From NCBI RefSeq assembly GCF_016433145.1, contig NC_058133.1, positions 377,053,349 through 377,117,198 of the forward strand: a stretch of 63,850 bases of DNA. Reading direction: 5' to 3'. This document shows positions 13,193 through 25,589 of the stretch, piece after piece (position 1 is the first letter of the stretch; the number at the start of each line of letters is the position of its first letter). The stretch is from Gracilinanus agilis. Taxonomy: Eukaryota. The translations under genes and the position numbers were made by a program. The notes beneath the pieces are model-generated. The model saw nothing but the letters and a program-made list of their open reading frames with translations. It was not told the origin of the DNA and made no database searches.

Positions 13193-13793
13193 TGTTAAGG
13201 ATGCTTTGGAGAATCATAGTTACATAATGCATGACTCAATATCATATATAATATATTGTCTCCACCAACAGATCAGTCATGAACCATAAATACAATAGCA
13301 AAACATAATTAGGGCAGAATAACCAAACACCAAAAGAAAATTACGTACTAGAATCATTTCCCACCACTACCCACCCCTATATTCAACAGGGTACAATCTC
13401 CCAAAGGTTACTACACTCCAGCAGGGAAAGAAATAATTCAGAGAGAACTCATCCTGGATATATGGCTGGGATATCTCATGCCTCTGACTCTCAGTAATCA
13501 AGTGGGTTTCATTGATTCTCCAAAGTATCACCTCCAAAGATGTCATTCATTTCTCCATTGAAATGCTGCTGGGGCAGCTAGGCAATTCAATGGATAAAGT
13601 GCCAGGCCTTAAGATAGGAGGTCTTGGGTTCAAATGTGGCTTTAGCCAGCTGTGTGACCTCAGGCAAGGCACTTATCCCTAATTGCTTAGCTCTTACCAC
13701 TCTTTTACCTTGGAACCAATACTTAGTAGCAATTCTAAGACAGAAGATAAGGGTTTAAAAAAATTCTACTGCCAAAGGAGTCTTCCTCTAACA
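13193..13793. mobile_element. Possible old solo LTR interrupted by a SINE
   Basis: TGTTA...TAACA inverted termini. The flanks GGATC and GAATG match only 3 of 5 positions. Confidence 0.3.
13571..13765 (+). mobile_element. SINE1_Mdo-like SINE (older)
   Basis: GGGGCAGCTAGG head and TTCTAAGACAGAAGATAAGGGTTTAAAAAAA tail. Confidence 0.85.
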
Positions 13794-14114
13794 GAATGTT
13801 CAATTAGATTCATGAAACATTTATGAAGTGTCTACCTGTCTAGGTCACTGTGCAAGGTGCTAAGGATAAAATGAAAAAAAAAAAGCAATTTCTTCAATTA
13901 AGGAACTTACATTTACTCATTGAGGGTATGTATGTGGGGGAAACAGCTTGTACACAGATAACATATATATATATACACACATTACATGAAAACACATATA
14001 CATGTGCATTTTGGAACCATTTATCTATATTTGTATATGCATATATACATATATACGGTGTTCCAGTTTTAACCTATTAAATTTTTAAAAATACACACTT
14101 GTTCATAAGCACAT

Positions 14115-14520
14115 AGGCTATCTCAAAAGTCTTAGTGTAGTTTGAAACCTTAATAATTCCAGGAGCTTAAATACTATACACTTAGAAAATGTTACTTGAA
14201 AATTTAATTATTTAAATTTATTTGGTTTTGTGAATGTGAATAATAACTTATTCATTTTAATTTTAATAAGACAGGACATTATATCTTTATGCATCATATA
14301 TGTGCAATAGATTCTGGATGACACTTTCTCAGATTAGTGGATGAGTAGAGGACTTGCTTGCTTGACCTCCTCAGACAACTTGATCTATTTCCATTTTTCT
14401 TGTGGGTCATGTCAAAATTGAAGCTTTATCAAAACTGTATGCATCTAATCTTTTTATTTAAATGATCTTAATGCTAGGATTATGATGGCAATCCTTTCAG
14501 TCACTCAGAAGTAGCTGATA
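14115..14520 (+). mobile_element. Tc1/mariner DNA transposon remnant with transposase C-terminal trace
   Basis: Terminal sequence TCTCAAAAGTCTTAGTGTAGTTT. FFLWVMSKLKLY at about 14395 resembles the transposase motif FFLWGYLKEKVY. Confidence 0.65.
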
Positions 14521-15562
14521 AAAATTTCTTTTTAAAAAATTTTTTTTCTTGGTTACAATAAAATTTCTGTGTGTCTCCCTGCACTAGAGTAGATGCCATT
14601 TGATAAAATTAGACACAAATACATACACACATATACATACACATATGTATATGTATAAACTATGTCTTTCATGTTTTTATTTATAATTTTTTTCTCAGGA
14701 TGTGAACATTTACAAATTATTCTTCAAATATTAATTCTAATTATATATAAAATTCTCTTGGTTCTATTCATTTAACTTTTAATAATTTCATGGTCTTTCC
14801 ATTAAAAAAATTAACCTGCTCAATATTTCTTATGGCACAGTACTATTCCATCAATTGATAAAAGTTAATATAAAGGTCAAAAATTAACAAGAGAAATATA
14901 AAATAAAACATTGGTTATCTTGAATTTTAACAAGAAATATTAATATTTTAGAAATTCAAATAACTAACTTTTCAAAACTTTTTTATGAAATATCATATAT
15001 TGAGTAAATCTAATGTAAGTTTTTTTTGGAAGAACTGGGAGGATGCCAAAATCCTTGTGTAGGGTTAGGCTTATAAATTTTGTAAATCTTTTGTGAGACT
15101 ATCTCAGGTCAACATGCCTTGGACATATGTTCCTTTGTAACAACATATGTTCCTTTGTAAGTTGGTCTCACAGTAATATTTTATGTACATTTTTCTGACC
15201 TTAATGTCCCTTCATTTAAAAGCCTCCCAGATCTCTCATATATTTGAATTAGTTTGAGCAAATTTATTAAAAATCCCATAATATCCCAGATATCTAGTGC
15301 CTGGGAAATCCAAACTACTTTAAAACATTAGTAAAGGTCAAAGGAGCATTTAGCCACATTTGAGCATATCTCATTGCAAAGTTCCTTGTTTTCCATATAG
15401 AATTAAGACCATTAACTTAAGATAGAAATATTTATTACCTAAAAGTAATTGTTTCCATTTATATAACTGTGCTTATTTAAGGTATCAATTTGCAGTGGGA
15501 CAAAATAGATGAATTTTCTATATTGAAGATTGGTAAAGATTTTACAGCTCTGCTTTTGCCTT

Positions 15563-15745
15563 AAATCAGGAATTTTTAACTCTATTTGTGTCATGGACCC
15601 ATTTAGTAATATGGTATTAACCTATGGACTCCTCAGAATAATATTTTTCAATGTGTAAAAATATGTAGGATTATAAAGGAAATAAAATATGTTGAAATGT
15701 AGTTATGAAAATATTTTTAAAATGTTTACATATGCTAGATTAAGT
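15563..15745 (+). mobile_element. hAT-Charlie MITE (Charlie4/MER80-like)
   Basis: TGTGTCATGGACCC..CCTATGGACTCCTCAGAATAAT..GGATTATAAAGGAAA. Confidence 0.65.
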
Positions 15746-17019
15746 CTTTACCTTAAATAAAACCTGTTTACCTTATTGTTTATTCCCCATTCATTATCTT
15801 TGCTATGTTGTTCTGTTCTTCTTTCATAATTCCTATGCAGCTGGATCACCTTTTCAATGGGAAGTCTCTAATCTCATTCAAAAATAATTCTTGAAACCTA
15901 TATGCTTTTAGAAAGGTTCCAGTTACAGCAGTTACCTATTGCTCTCCATCTGCCATCTTTAAATTAATCTATGTCATCTGCTCTGACACTAGATGCTAAA
16001 CCATTTAGAAAATGAGTGATTCTTTTTTCTTGGTTGGCCCTTTACTAGTATGTTAATGAAGGTAGTTATAGGCTCATATCAAAATGAAATATTGTAACCT
16101 TTTCTTGTTTGGCTTTATAAGCATCCTCTATAGGTTAATTCCAAATAAGAAGGTCCAAAAATGTTTTGAGCAATGACAAACTCATTAGCATAAATGTAAA
16201 CCTCCCAAAGTTAATACTATGAAAGACAGACATGGATTTGGGTGTGGAGGTGTAAGTTTTGGTATATTTAACTGTCATTCTCATTATTTCATTGTTCTCC
16301 CATAAAAGCTAATTACCATTACCTGACTAGTAATGAGAATTGAGTGATGTTGGCACGGGAACAACAAAAATGAATATATTTGCCTGTAAAATTTAAGCAA
16401 TTACATTTTTAAAAAGCTAGTTTTTGAGCAATAAGTTTAATATCAATGTTTCAGAATTTAAATTAAATGGAGCTTGGTAGAAATGCTCATTCCTCCCTGC
16501 CAAACCTTTCCCACCAAGACGGAGAAACAGAAATATTTCTTAGGCTTTGAACATCTGCAACTTCAGTGATTCCATCTGTACAGGTAAAGGAGGTGGCTAA
16601 GCAGGGTTTTGGCATAGAAATAAGTGCCCACATTCTGATCTGACCAGTAGTGTTTTCATGCTTATTCAATCTCTTTTGTATGTAATCCTTTGTTTAAAGT
16701 CTTCTTTTCTACCCCTCTCTATCCAGAGTTGTGTTAGTTAAATCCTGAAAAGTTCTACACAGCTGTCAAATTGCCCTTGCTTTTGTCCTCTTGAAGGCAA
16801 AGAGTGCAGTTAAATCCATTCTTTCTGAATTTACCTCCTAGAATTAAATCTGGAAGGCATCTTGGAAGCCATTGAGTTCAATCCTTTTACTTTATGAGGA
16901 AACTGAGGTCCAGGAAAATTAAATAAATTGGCCTTCATCATACAAGTGACAAACATCAGAGGTGGTATTTGATACTGGGTACTTATAAGCTGAATGCCAT
17001 GATTCTTTCCATTATACAA

Positions 17020-18650
17020 TACCAGAAAAAATAATTACAGAATTCATTTGGAAAAAACAGAAGGTCAAGAATATCAAAGTTATTTTGATAATATTTTTGA
17101 AAAAAATGTTAAGGAAGTCTAGCAATATAAGATTCGAAACTATATTTTTAAAGCAGTAATTATCAAAACTATATGGTACTAGCTAATAAAGAGAAAAGTA
17201 GATGAGTGGAACAGAATAGACAAACAAGAGTTATAAAAAACTATAGTAACCTTGTGCTTGACAAAGGTAAAATTCCTAGTTTTTTGGAATAATAATTCAT
17301 TATTAGATAAAAATTATTGGGAAAATTCCAAATTTTCCCAGATATAGACGAATATCTTATGCCATTTGCCAAGATAAAGAAAAAAATTGACTTAGGAATA
17401 AAAGAAGACATAAATAAATTAGAATAACAGGGAATATATTACCTATCATATTTATGAACAAGAGAAGAATCTATGAATAAATAAGAGATAGCGTTATGAA
17501 AGGTCAGATGGATAATTTTAATTTATTAAATTGAAAAGTTTTTGTACAAATAAAGCCAATGTAGTCAAGATTAGAAGGAAAGCAGTAAGTTGTGGACATT
17601 TTTTTTTTATAGTTTCTCAGATAGAGATCTCATATTTAAAATATATAGAGAACTTTGTGAACTATTTAAAAACATGAGCCACTTCCCAATAGACAAATGG
17701 TCAAAAGATATGAACAGACAGTTTCTGGATGAAGAAATCAAAGCTATACACAACCATATGAAAAAAAACTCTAAATCATTATTGGTTAGATGAATGCAAA
17801 TCAAAACAACTCTGAGATATCATCTCACAGCTATCAGATTGGCTAAAATGATAAAAGGGCAAAATGGCACATGTTGGAGAAGATGTGGAAAAATAGAGGC
17901 ATTAATACACTGTTGGTGGGACTGTGAACTGATCCAACTATTTGGGGGAGCAATCTGGAATTATGCTCAAAGAGTTCTAAAACTGTGTATACCTTTTGAC
18001 CAATTAATACCACTTTTAAGTTTATTTACTAAAGTAATGAAGGAAAAAGGAAAAGAAGTTACATGTTCTAAAATATTTTAGCAGCTCTTTTTTTGTGCTG
18101 ACAAAGAACTAGAAAATAAAAGGATGTCTATCAATTGAGGAATGACTGAACAAGTTGTGGTATGTGATTGTAATGGAATACTGTTGAGCCATAAAAAATT
18201 ACAAACAAGATGATCACAAAAAACCTGGAAAAACTTTAATGAAGTGATGCAAAATGAAGTGAGCAGAACTAGGAGAATATTATACATAGTAACAACAATA
18301 ATGCATAATAATCAACTGTGAATGACAATTATTATTAACAAGGTAAGGATCCAGGAGAACTCCAAGAGATTCATGACCAAAAAAAAGGATACCTACCACT
18401 AAAGAAGGAACAGATGGAGTCTGAATGCAGAGTAGAACACAGCATTCTTCATTTTATTTCCTTAATTTTTCTCTAATGTAAGCAATATGTTTCTTCTTTC
18501 ACAACATGATGAACAGGGAAATATGTGTTTTGTGATAATATATGTACAACTTATATCATATTAACTGCCTTTTTAGAGAGGGAGCTTGGGGGGAGAGGAA
18601 TGGAAGAAAAAGAATGAGAGATTTTTGGACATAACTAATGTGAGAATTTG
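17020..18650 (+). mobile_element. L1 LINE, 3' part of ORF2 plus 3' UTR
   Basis: ORF 17794-18081 MQIKTTLRYHLTAIRLAKM..CWRRCGKIEALIHCWWDC is the L1 ORF2 cysteine-rich C-terminal domain. KWSKDMNRQF lies upstream. Confidence 0.95.
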
Positions 18651-19099
18651 TTTCTCTTGGATAAGCACCTTTATAATGATTTATTAAATATTTCTAAGAA
18701 GTCATATGTGTTATATTATTGTTATGTTAGATATCAAAAATAAAATTAAATGCACCCCAAACAAAAACAGAAAGTGAGTAGAGCAGACCTATGTGGGGAA
18801 TTTGAGTCAGCCAATCTGTATTCAAGGTACAGTTTTGCCACTGATTACCTTCCATCCCTCTAATGCTCCTTCCTCACTTCAGCTTCTTAGAATCCCTGGA
18901 TTTGTCTGAGATTCAACTCAGAAATAATCTTCTGCAGGAGGCTTTTTCTGGCTCCCTTAGACACTACTACTTTTCCAGTTACTTTATATCTATTTTATGT
19001 ATCTTGAATATACCTGCGTATATACATGTTTCATTAAAATGTAAGATCTTTGAGAACAGGAACTGTTAGCTTTCTTGTTTACTTCGTATACACAGGGTT

Positions 19100-19365
19100 T
19101 AGCATATTTGTTCTGTCATTTCAGTCATATTTGATTATTCATGATGCCCATTTGGGGTTTCTTTGGCAAAAAGACTGGATTGGTTTGCCATTTCCTTTTC
19201 CATCTCATTTTACAGATGAGGAACTGAGGCAAACAGGGTTAAGTGACTTGCCCACAGTAATATAGCTAATAAGTGTCGGAGGCCAGATTTGAAGTGCGGA
19301 AGATGAGTCTTCTGGACTTCAGGCCCAGCACACTATCCATTGTACTAACTATATTCTCCCACTTA
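19100..19365 (-). mobile_element. MAR1-type marsupial SINE
   Basis: GGGGTTTCTTTGGCAAAAAGACTGG..TTTGCCATTTCCTT..CATTTTACAGATGAGGAACTGAGGCAAACAGGGTTAAGTGACTTGCCC. Confidence 0.85.
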
Positions 19366-19779
19366 AGCATATTACCTGGCACATAGTAGGCATTTGAAAA
19401 AATAAATACTTTTTGATTTATCTCATATAATAAATTGCAGAGTTTATCGATTCCAGTAAACAAGAGGGTTCCTTCCACCAATAAAATCACATATTTTGAC
19501 CAAATAACAACAATAATAAATATTATTATATACACTCAAAAGATTTTGGTCTATCAACAGAAAAATATCAAGTTTATGAAGAATGCCCATTTTCTAACTA
19601 ATCAATCAAATCATATTTATTAAAAGCTAGCAAGCTTTTAATAGTAATGTACGGGAACTGTGTGAAGTGATACAAGTGCAAAGAATGAAGAAATCCCTCT
19701 AAGGTGAAGACAAAATATGCATGTAAAATAAATACAGAATAAATATAAAATAAAAAATATGAATTTCTACAAAGTGATT

Positions 19780-20640
19780 AAAAATAGAGTTGTTTGGGAG
19801 GGAGGATTATCAAGAAAGGATCCAGGAAGATGATGTCTGAGCTACATCTTAAAGGACAAGTGGGAATCAATCAAGTTAAAGCAAGAAGGGATTATACTTT
19901 GGGCATAGGGTATGGGCAGTGCAAAGATATGGAAATAGCAAATGGAGTGTTACTTATAAGAAACAGAAAAGAAACCAATTTAGCTGGATCACAGATAGAG
20001 GAGGTAAAGTAATATCCAGAACACTGATAAATCTTGAGACAGCAGTTTTAACTGACTGCTAAGATTGCAAAATGTTGAGGAGAAGAATGGAGGTAAAACT
20101 GGCAGTGGGTGAAGACAATATTTTTTGGGAACTAGGACTGAAAAAGGGAAGTGAAATATAGGAAGGTAGTTTGAGGGGATACTGTAGTTTAAGCAAAATT
20201 ATTTTTTAAAAATGGGAGAGTGTTGGGCAGTTTTAAAGATAACAGGGAAAAAATAAGTAGATAGTGAGGTTAAGATTCCAGAGAGAGAGCGATTGAGAAT
20301 AAAATATACTGGAGAAGACCAGAGAGAATGGGCTTAAATAAACACTCATAAAGTTAGCCTATAGGGCAGGTAAGTGGCTCAGCAAATTGAGTACCAGGCC
20401 TGGGAAGTCTTGGGTTCAAACATGACCTCAGCTACTTTCTAGCTGTGTGACTCTGGACAAATCACTTGACTCCCATTGCCTAGCTCTTACCATTCTTTTC
20501 CCTTGGAATCAATACACAGAATTGATTCTAAGATAAAGATAAGGGTTTTAATTTAAAAAAAAGAAAAGAAAAGAAAATTTGCCTAGGCAAAGAGACAGGC
20601 CACCTTTTTGTTGGTGATTAGGGGGAAAATAGGAGACAGT
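19780..20640 (-). mobile_element. L2 LINE fragments, interrupted by a SINE
   Basis: Purine-rich antisense L2 sequence (TGAGCTACATCTTAAAGG.., GGCAGTTTTAAAGAT). Confidence 0.6.
20362..20560 (+). mobile_element. SINE1_Mdo-like SINE (older)
   Basis: Head, B-box, CORE and TTGATTCTAAGATAAAGATAAGGGTTT tail. Confidence 0.85.
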
Positions 20641-20749
20641 GGAAGATGATGCCAGGGTCTTTTGAGTCACATAGGAGGCAATACATACAGAACAAAGGTT
20701 ATAGGCTTTGGAGTAAGAGGAATTAGATTCAAATTGTGCTTCTATTCTT

Positions 20750-21620
20750 AAAATTTTATTAATATTTTATTTTTCTCCAATTATATACAAAAACAAAATT
20801 TAACATTTGTTATTCTTTTTTTTTAAAAACTCTCCCTCCCTTTTTCTTTTCCCTTCTCCCTCCCTGAATCAGTAAGCACTCTGATATAGATTTTACATGT
20901 GCAATACTGTAAAACCTTTTTTTTCATTTGTGGAAGATAACTTGAACAACAACATCAACAAAACAAGTGAAAGAAAGTAAATATATCATGTTTTGTCCTG
21001 CATTTATACTCCATCAGTTCTTTCTCTGGAGGTGGATGGATTTTTTTCATCATGAGCTGTTGGCAATTGTCTTGGATCACTGTATTGCTGAGGAACTAAA
21101 TCATTCACCATTATTCATTGTGCAATATTACTGTTACTAAGTATAATGTTTTCTTGGTCCTACTCACTTCAATTTGCATCAATCCATGTAAATATTTCCA
21201 GGTTTTTCTGAAATCTTCCTGCTCATCATTTATTATGGCACAATAGTATTCCCTTACAATCATAAACCACAACTTATTCAGCCATGCCCCAAATTATAGA
21301 TAGCCCCTCAGTTTCCAGTTCTTGCTGTCACAAAAAGAGCTGCTATAAACATTTTTGTACAACTAGATCCTTTTCCTTTTAAAAAAATCTCTATGAGATA
21401 TAGACCTATTAGTGATACTGCTGTATCAAAGGGTATACAGAGTTTTAAAACCCTGTGGGCATAGTCCCAATGGCCTTCCAGAATGGTTAGACCAGTTGAC
21501 AATCCCACCAACAGTTTGTTTTTGTTCTAATTTTCTCACATTCCATCCAACATTTATTATTTTCTTTTCTGTTGAATAACCATATGACAGGAGGTACCTC
21601 AGACTTGCTTTAATTTTTTG
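20750..21620 (-). mobile_element. L1 LINE 3' fragment
   Basis: ORF 21308-21511(-) YAHRVLKLCIPFDTAVSLIGLY..MFIAALFV matches the L1 ORF2 C-terminus. Confidence 0.9.
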
Positions 21621-22779
21621 TCTCTGCTCTTTACTCTATAAGTACCTTCTTTGGACCTCAGTTATCTTATCTGGAAAAATGATAGTGTTGTGCTTGGATG
21701 GGTTCAGAATCTCTTTCCCAGTCCAAATCTATGATCTTGCCTGGGTTGCCATCACTGGAAAGAAAATCAACATGGATAAGATTGAAAATCTACTAGGATA
21801 TACATAACATGCAGCTCTATACATACGCACAAAATATATACTAGATAATTATATCAAGCTAAAATTAATTTTTTCTTATGATTTTTCTTATAATTTTTTC
21901 TTATTAAGGACACTGTTATACTTTTCATCCTTACTAAACACACCCTGGCAACACAAAACCAAGCTTAGGAATCACTGATCTAACAAAACCAATAGAAATA
22001 TTTCTATAACATTATTGATATTGTCAGGGACTTATAAAAAGTTACCTATAGATTTTAATGGTTTGGCATAATTGTCATCTCTTCCTGGGATAAACTCCCA
22101 GAGTTATCAAAAGAACAGCACTTCAAAGGGCTTGCCAGTTTCATATGAAAGACTCTGTAGTTCGCATGTATGATACAAGTCACAGTTTCCCAGAACCTTT
22201 TACTACAGTATAGCATAAGAGAATATACATTCATCTTAGAGTATGCTGAGACCTGGCTTTCAAAACTGATTCTTCCATTTGCTACCTGTATGACTTGGAC
22301 TTCTCTGTTCCTTATTTTTCTTCTTAGTTAAATAATGAGTTAAAACTTTCTGATCTCTATGGTCCTTTTAAATTCCAAAGCTAGTAATTCTTCCTCTTAT
22401 GCTGGTGATGAGATGTTCAATGACATTAATCACTTATTTCAGAATGCAGAATATTTCTAGAATACTCATTCTAGAAAGAAATGTGGAAGATAAAAATTAT
22501 ATAGGCATTGTGAATTTTTATGAGAATGTAGTTATAAGCATGCCAATATTATTTTTGTGGTTTTCATTATTGGGGAGTAGTTGGGGAAGGGAGAAAGAAA
22601 CATATACTTCCAGGACTTCTATATTGACTCTTTAAAAGAAATTTTGGATAGATTGAGGATATTTCCACATTGATTCCTTGCCATGACTTTCATGCTAATG
22701 AGCTAAGTGAAGAATTGATCTAGAAAATCTAGGGTATTCCAAATGTCTTACTGAAATTTTAAACTATTAAAGTTTAACT

Positions 22780-22840
22780 ATGAAACTATTAAAGTTTAAA
22801 ACTGCACTAAGACTTTTGAGACATCCAACATAGTAACAAT
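22780..22840 (-). mobile_element. Tc1/mariner terminal fragment (same family as 14115)
   Basis: AAAACTGCACTAAGACTTTTGAGACA is the reverse complement of the terminal sequence seen near 14130. Confidence 0.65.
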
Positions 22841-22994
22841 GTTCATCAAAGAATATCTAAGACTCTGACTTAAATGGTTTTTTATTTCTGTTTTTCACTA
22901 CTTTTTACCAGATATAATTTTCATCAAATCCTACTTCCTTTCTTTCAAACATGAAAAGTAAGGGTTAAACATCTTTTTATGTGTGTTGTTTCTG

Positions 22995-23135
22995 GCAGTA
23001 GTGTGCTTGCAAATTTTAATAACTGGTTCTCAAAAAATATTGTGTGACTTTTCAACTTTATCTTAATTATTAACATTTTATACATAACTTTAAGTCTAGA
23101 AAATCAACAAGACCACAAAATAAAAATTAAACTAA
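22995..23135 (+). mobile_element. hAT MER63-like remnant
   Basis: CAGTAGTGTGCTTGCAAATTTTAATAACTGGTTCTC terminus. Confidence 0.5.
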
Positions 23136-23139
23136 ATAA

Positions 23140-23448
23140 AATAACAATAATTACATTTATCTAGAACTTTTAAGATTGCAAAGTGCTTAACCTTTAGAAA
23201 TACAAGTACTATCATCTCTATTTTGTAGACAGAGAATCAGACAGAGGAATTTACTTGTCTAAGATCTTAAAGAAGAAATTTGAAAATAAAAAATGACAAT
23301 AATTAAATTTACCTTGAACTTTTAGGATTGTAAAGTGTTTTCTTCAAAACAACCTTTAGAAAGACAAGTACTATCATCTCTATTTTGTAGATATGGAATA
23401 AGACAGTAGAATTTACTTGTCTGAGATCTTAGAGAAGAAATTTGAATC
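23140..23448 (+). repeat. Diverged tandem duplication of about 150 bp (MIR-derived)
   Basis: Two copies of ACAATAATTA..AACCTTTAGAAA.ACAAGTACTATCATCTCTATTTTGTAGA..AATTTACTTGTCT.AGATCTTA.AGAAGAAATTTGAA. Confidence 0.9.
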
Positions 23449-23792
23449 AATGTTATCTAAAATTTAAGATTCATGTCTTTTCCATTACAATGTAGTGGTA
23501 GAGTATGAGACTTGTCATTCACATGCAACTTTAATTTAACTTAATCTAGAGTGTTCTATTCTTGACCCAGGCCCATCTTCATCACTTGTTAAAGCCTTTG
23601 ACCCCTGAATCAGGACAATCATAAGAAACATGGCCTCAGGATGAAATTTTTTGCAAGCAATGAATTACTGAATCTATAGATATTTATCTTGTTCTTGGTA
23701 GATTCTTTTTAGTATCCACTTAATCCAAATCCCTGTTGTGGACTCAGACAGAAAGACATGCATCAGGAAAGCATACAAGATAGGCATCTACA

Positions 23793-23926
23793 NNNNNNNN
23801 NNNNNNNNNNNNNNNNNNNNNNNNNNNNNNNNNNNNNNNNNNNNNNNNNNNNNNNNNNNNNNNNNNNNNNNNNNNNNNNNNNNNNNNNNNNNNNNNNNNN
23901 NNNNNNNNNNNNNNNNNNNNNNNNNN
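23793..23926. other. Assembly gap (134 N)
   Basis: Run of N. Confidence 1.
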
Positions 23927-24116
23927 AGTGGTTCCCAAACTTTTTTGGCCTACCGCCCCCTTTCCAGGAAAAATATTACTTAGCCCCCTGGAAATTAATT
24001 AAAAAAATTTTAATAGCAATTAATAGGAAAGATAAATGCACCTGTGGACATCACCACCTCCATGGATTGCTGTAGCACCCACCAGGGGGTGGTGGCACCC
24101 ACTTTTGGAATCACGG
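23927..24116 (+). mobile_element. hAT/Charlie-type MITE, relatively well preserved
   Basis: Inverted termini (C)AGTGGTTCCCAAA ... TTTTGGAATCACGG, about 190 bp, GC-rich interior. Confidence 0.8.
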
Positions 24117-25202
24117 GCATATATGAAAAAAATGGACCCAGGATTCCAAAAGTACCACTAGATTTCTTCTAATATTGGAAGAATCCTCCTAATTCTATCT
24201 TTTCCCCACAAGTACAGAAATCTGTGGCAGTATAGTGATTGAGACCAATTTAGTTAATGTCAGGATTTATGGTTGCTATAATCCTATTTAAGTGACCCTT
24301 TAATTATTATTATTCCCAGCAAGTGTGGGATACTCTGGAGAGTATCACTGATTTGTTGTTAATATTAGGCTGTTATAGTATCCTGACAGAGTCCTGACCA
24401 AAAAAGAAGCTTACTTCTTCTTCTATAAGAAACTTATCTTCTTATTTTTAACTACCCTCTCAGGATAAGTTAAGCCAATGACATCTTTCAAAAGTCTTGA
24501 AGACAGCTATTATATTTTAAGTCTTCTTTCTCTCCTCCATTTCCCCTGGTACTTTCAATCTCCTTAGGCCATTTTCCTATGCTTCTTTTCCTTCTTTGGT
24601 ACTAAACTTGGGTTCAGGGCTCATGATCTGAAATAGTTGTACCCTTTAAAAGTCCTAGAACCTACTTTTTTTTCATGGTTCCATACCCAATACTAGGGAC
24701 TGAGTGCTTCATTTTTTACAGTTGCAAAGCTCAAGCTCCTTCTTATGCCCCCAGTTGGGCTTGAGGATGTATTCATTCTTAGTCCATGTTGTTGAAATGA
24801 ATGGAATTAAATCTGTGGAGCACAATATAAATGAACTTTTATCATTATTATTTTGGAATGATACAATGATGGATTTAAGATTTCATATTTGGATTTCTCA
24901 TCATTTATAAAACTGACATTTCTCATTCATAGTAGGCTGCTACACTTCATTTTATAGTGAATTCTATACAACTCTAATTTTTTTACTATACTATCTTTAA
25001 AGTTATTAGTCCATCCCACTTAATGCATAATCTTTAATCAACAATAGCAACTAGTCAGTGAGACAGTTAATAGGCATGTGTTTAGTGGCTACTATGAGTC
25101 AAACATAATGCTAAATTTTGGGAATAAAAATAAGAATAGTAAATGCCATTAAGACTCTAATTTTCTAATAGTATAGATAGTATGTAAAGAAATATATACA
25201 TA

Positions 25203-25400
25203 AGGGGCAGTTAGATGGCCCAGTAGATAGAGAGCCAAACCTAGAGAGAGGGGGTCCTGGGGTCAGATCTGGCCTCAGATACTTCCTAGCTGTGTGACCC
25301 TGGACAAGTCACATAACACCCATTGCCTATCCTTTACTGTCCTTCTACTTTGGAACTGATACTTAGTATCGATTCTAAAACAAAAGGCAAGGATTAAAAA
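25203..25400 (+). mobile_element. SINE1_Mdo-like SINE (older)
   Basis: GGGGCAGTTAGATGGCCCAGTAGATAGAG head and ATTCTAAAACAAAAGGCAAGG tail. Confidence 0.85.
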
Positions 25401-25448
25401 AAAGAAATAAGCATATAGATATGCGTATTTTTTATCCTTACCTTTTTT

Positions 25449-25584
25449 NNNNNNNNNNNNNNNNNNNNNNNNNNNNNNNNNNNNNNNNNNNNNNNNNNNN
25501 NNNNNNNNNNNNNNNNNNNNNNNNNNNNNNNNNNNNNNNNNNNNNNNNNNNNNNNNNNNNNNNNNNNNNNNNNNNNNNNNNNNN
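25449..25584. other. Assembly gap (136 N)
   Basis: Run of N. Confidence 1.
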
Positions 25585-25589
25585 AGAAT

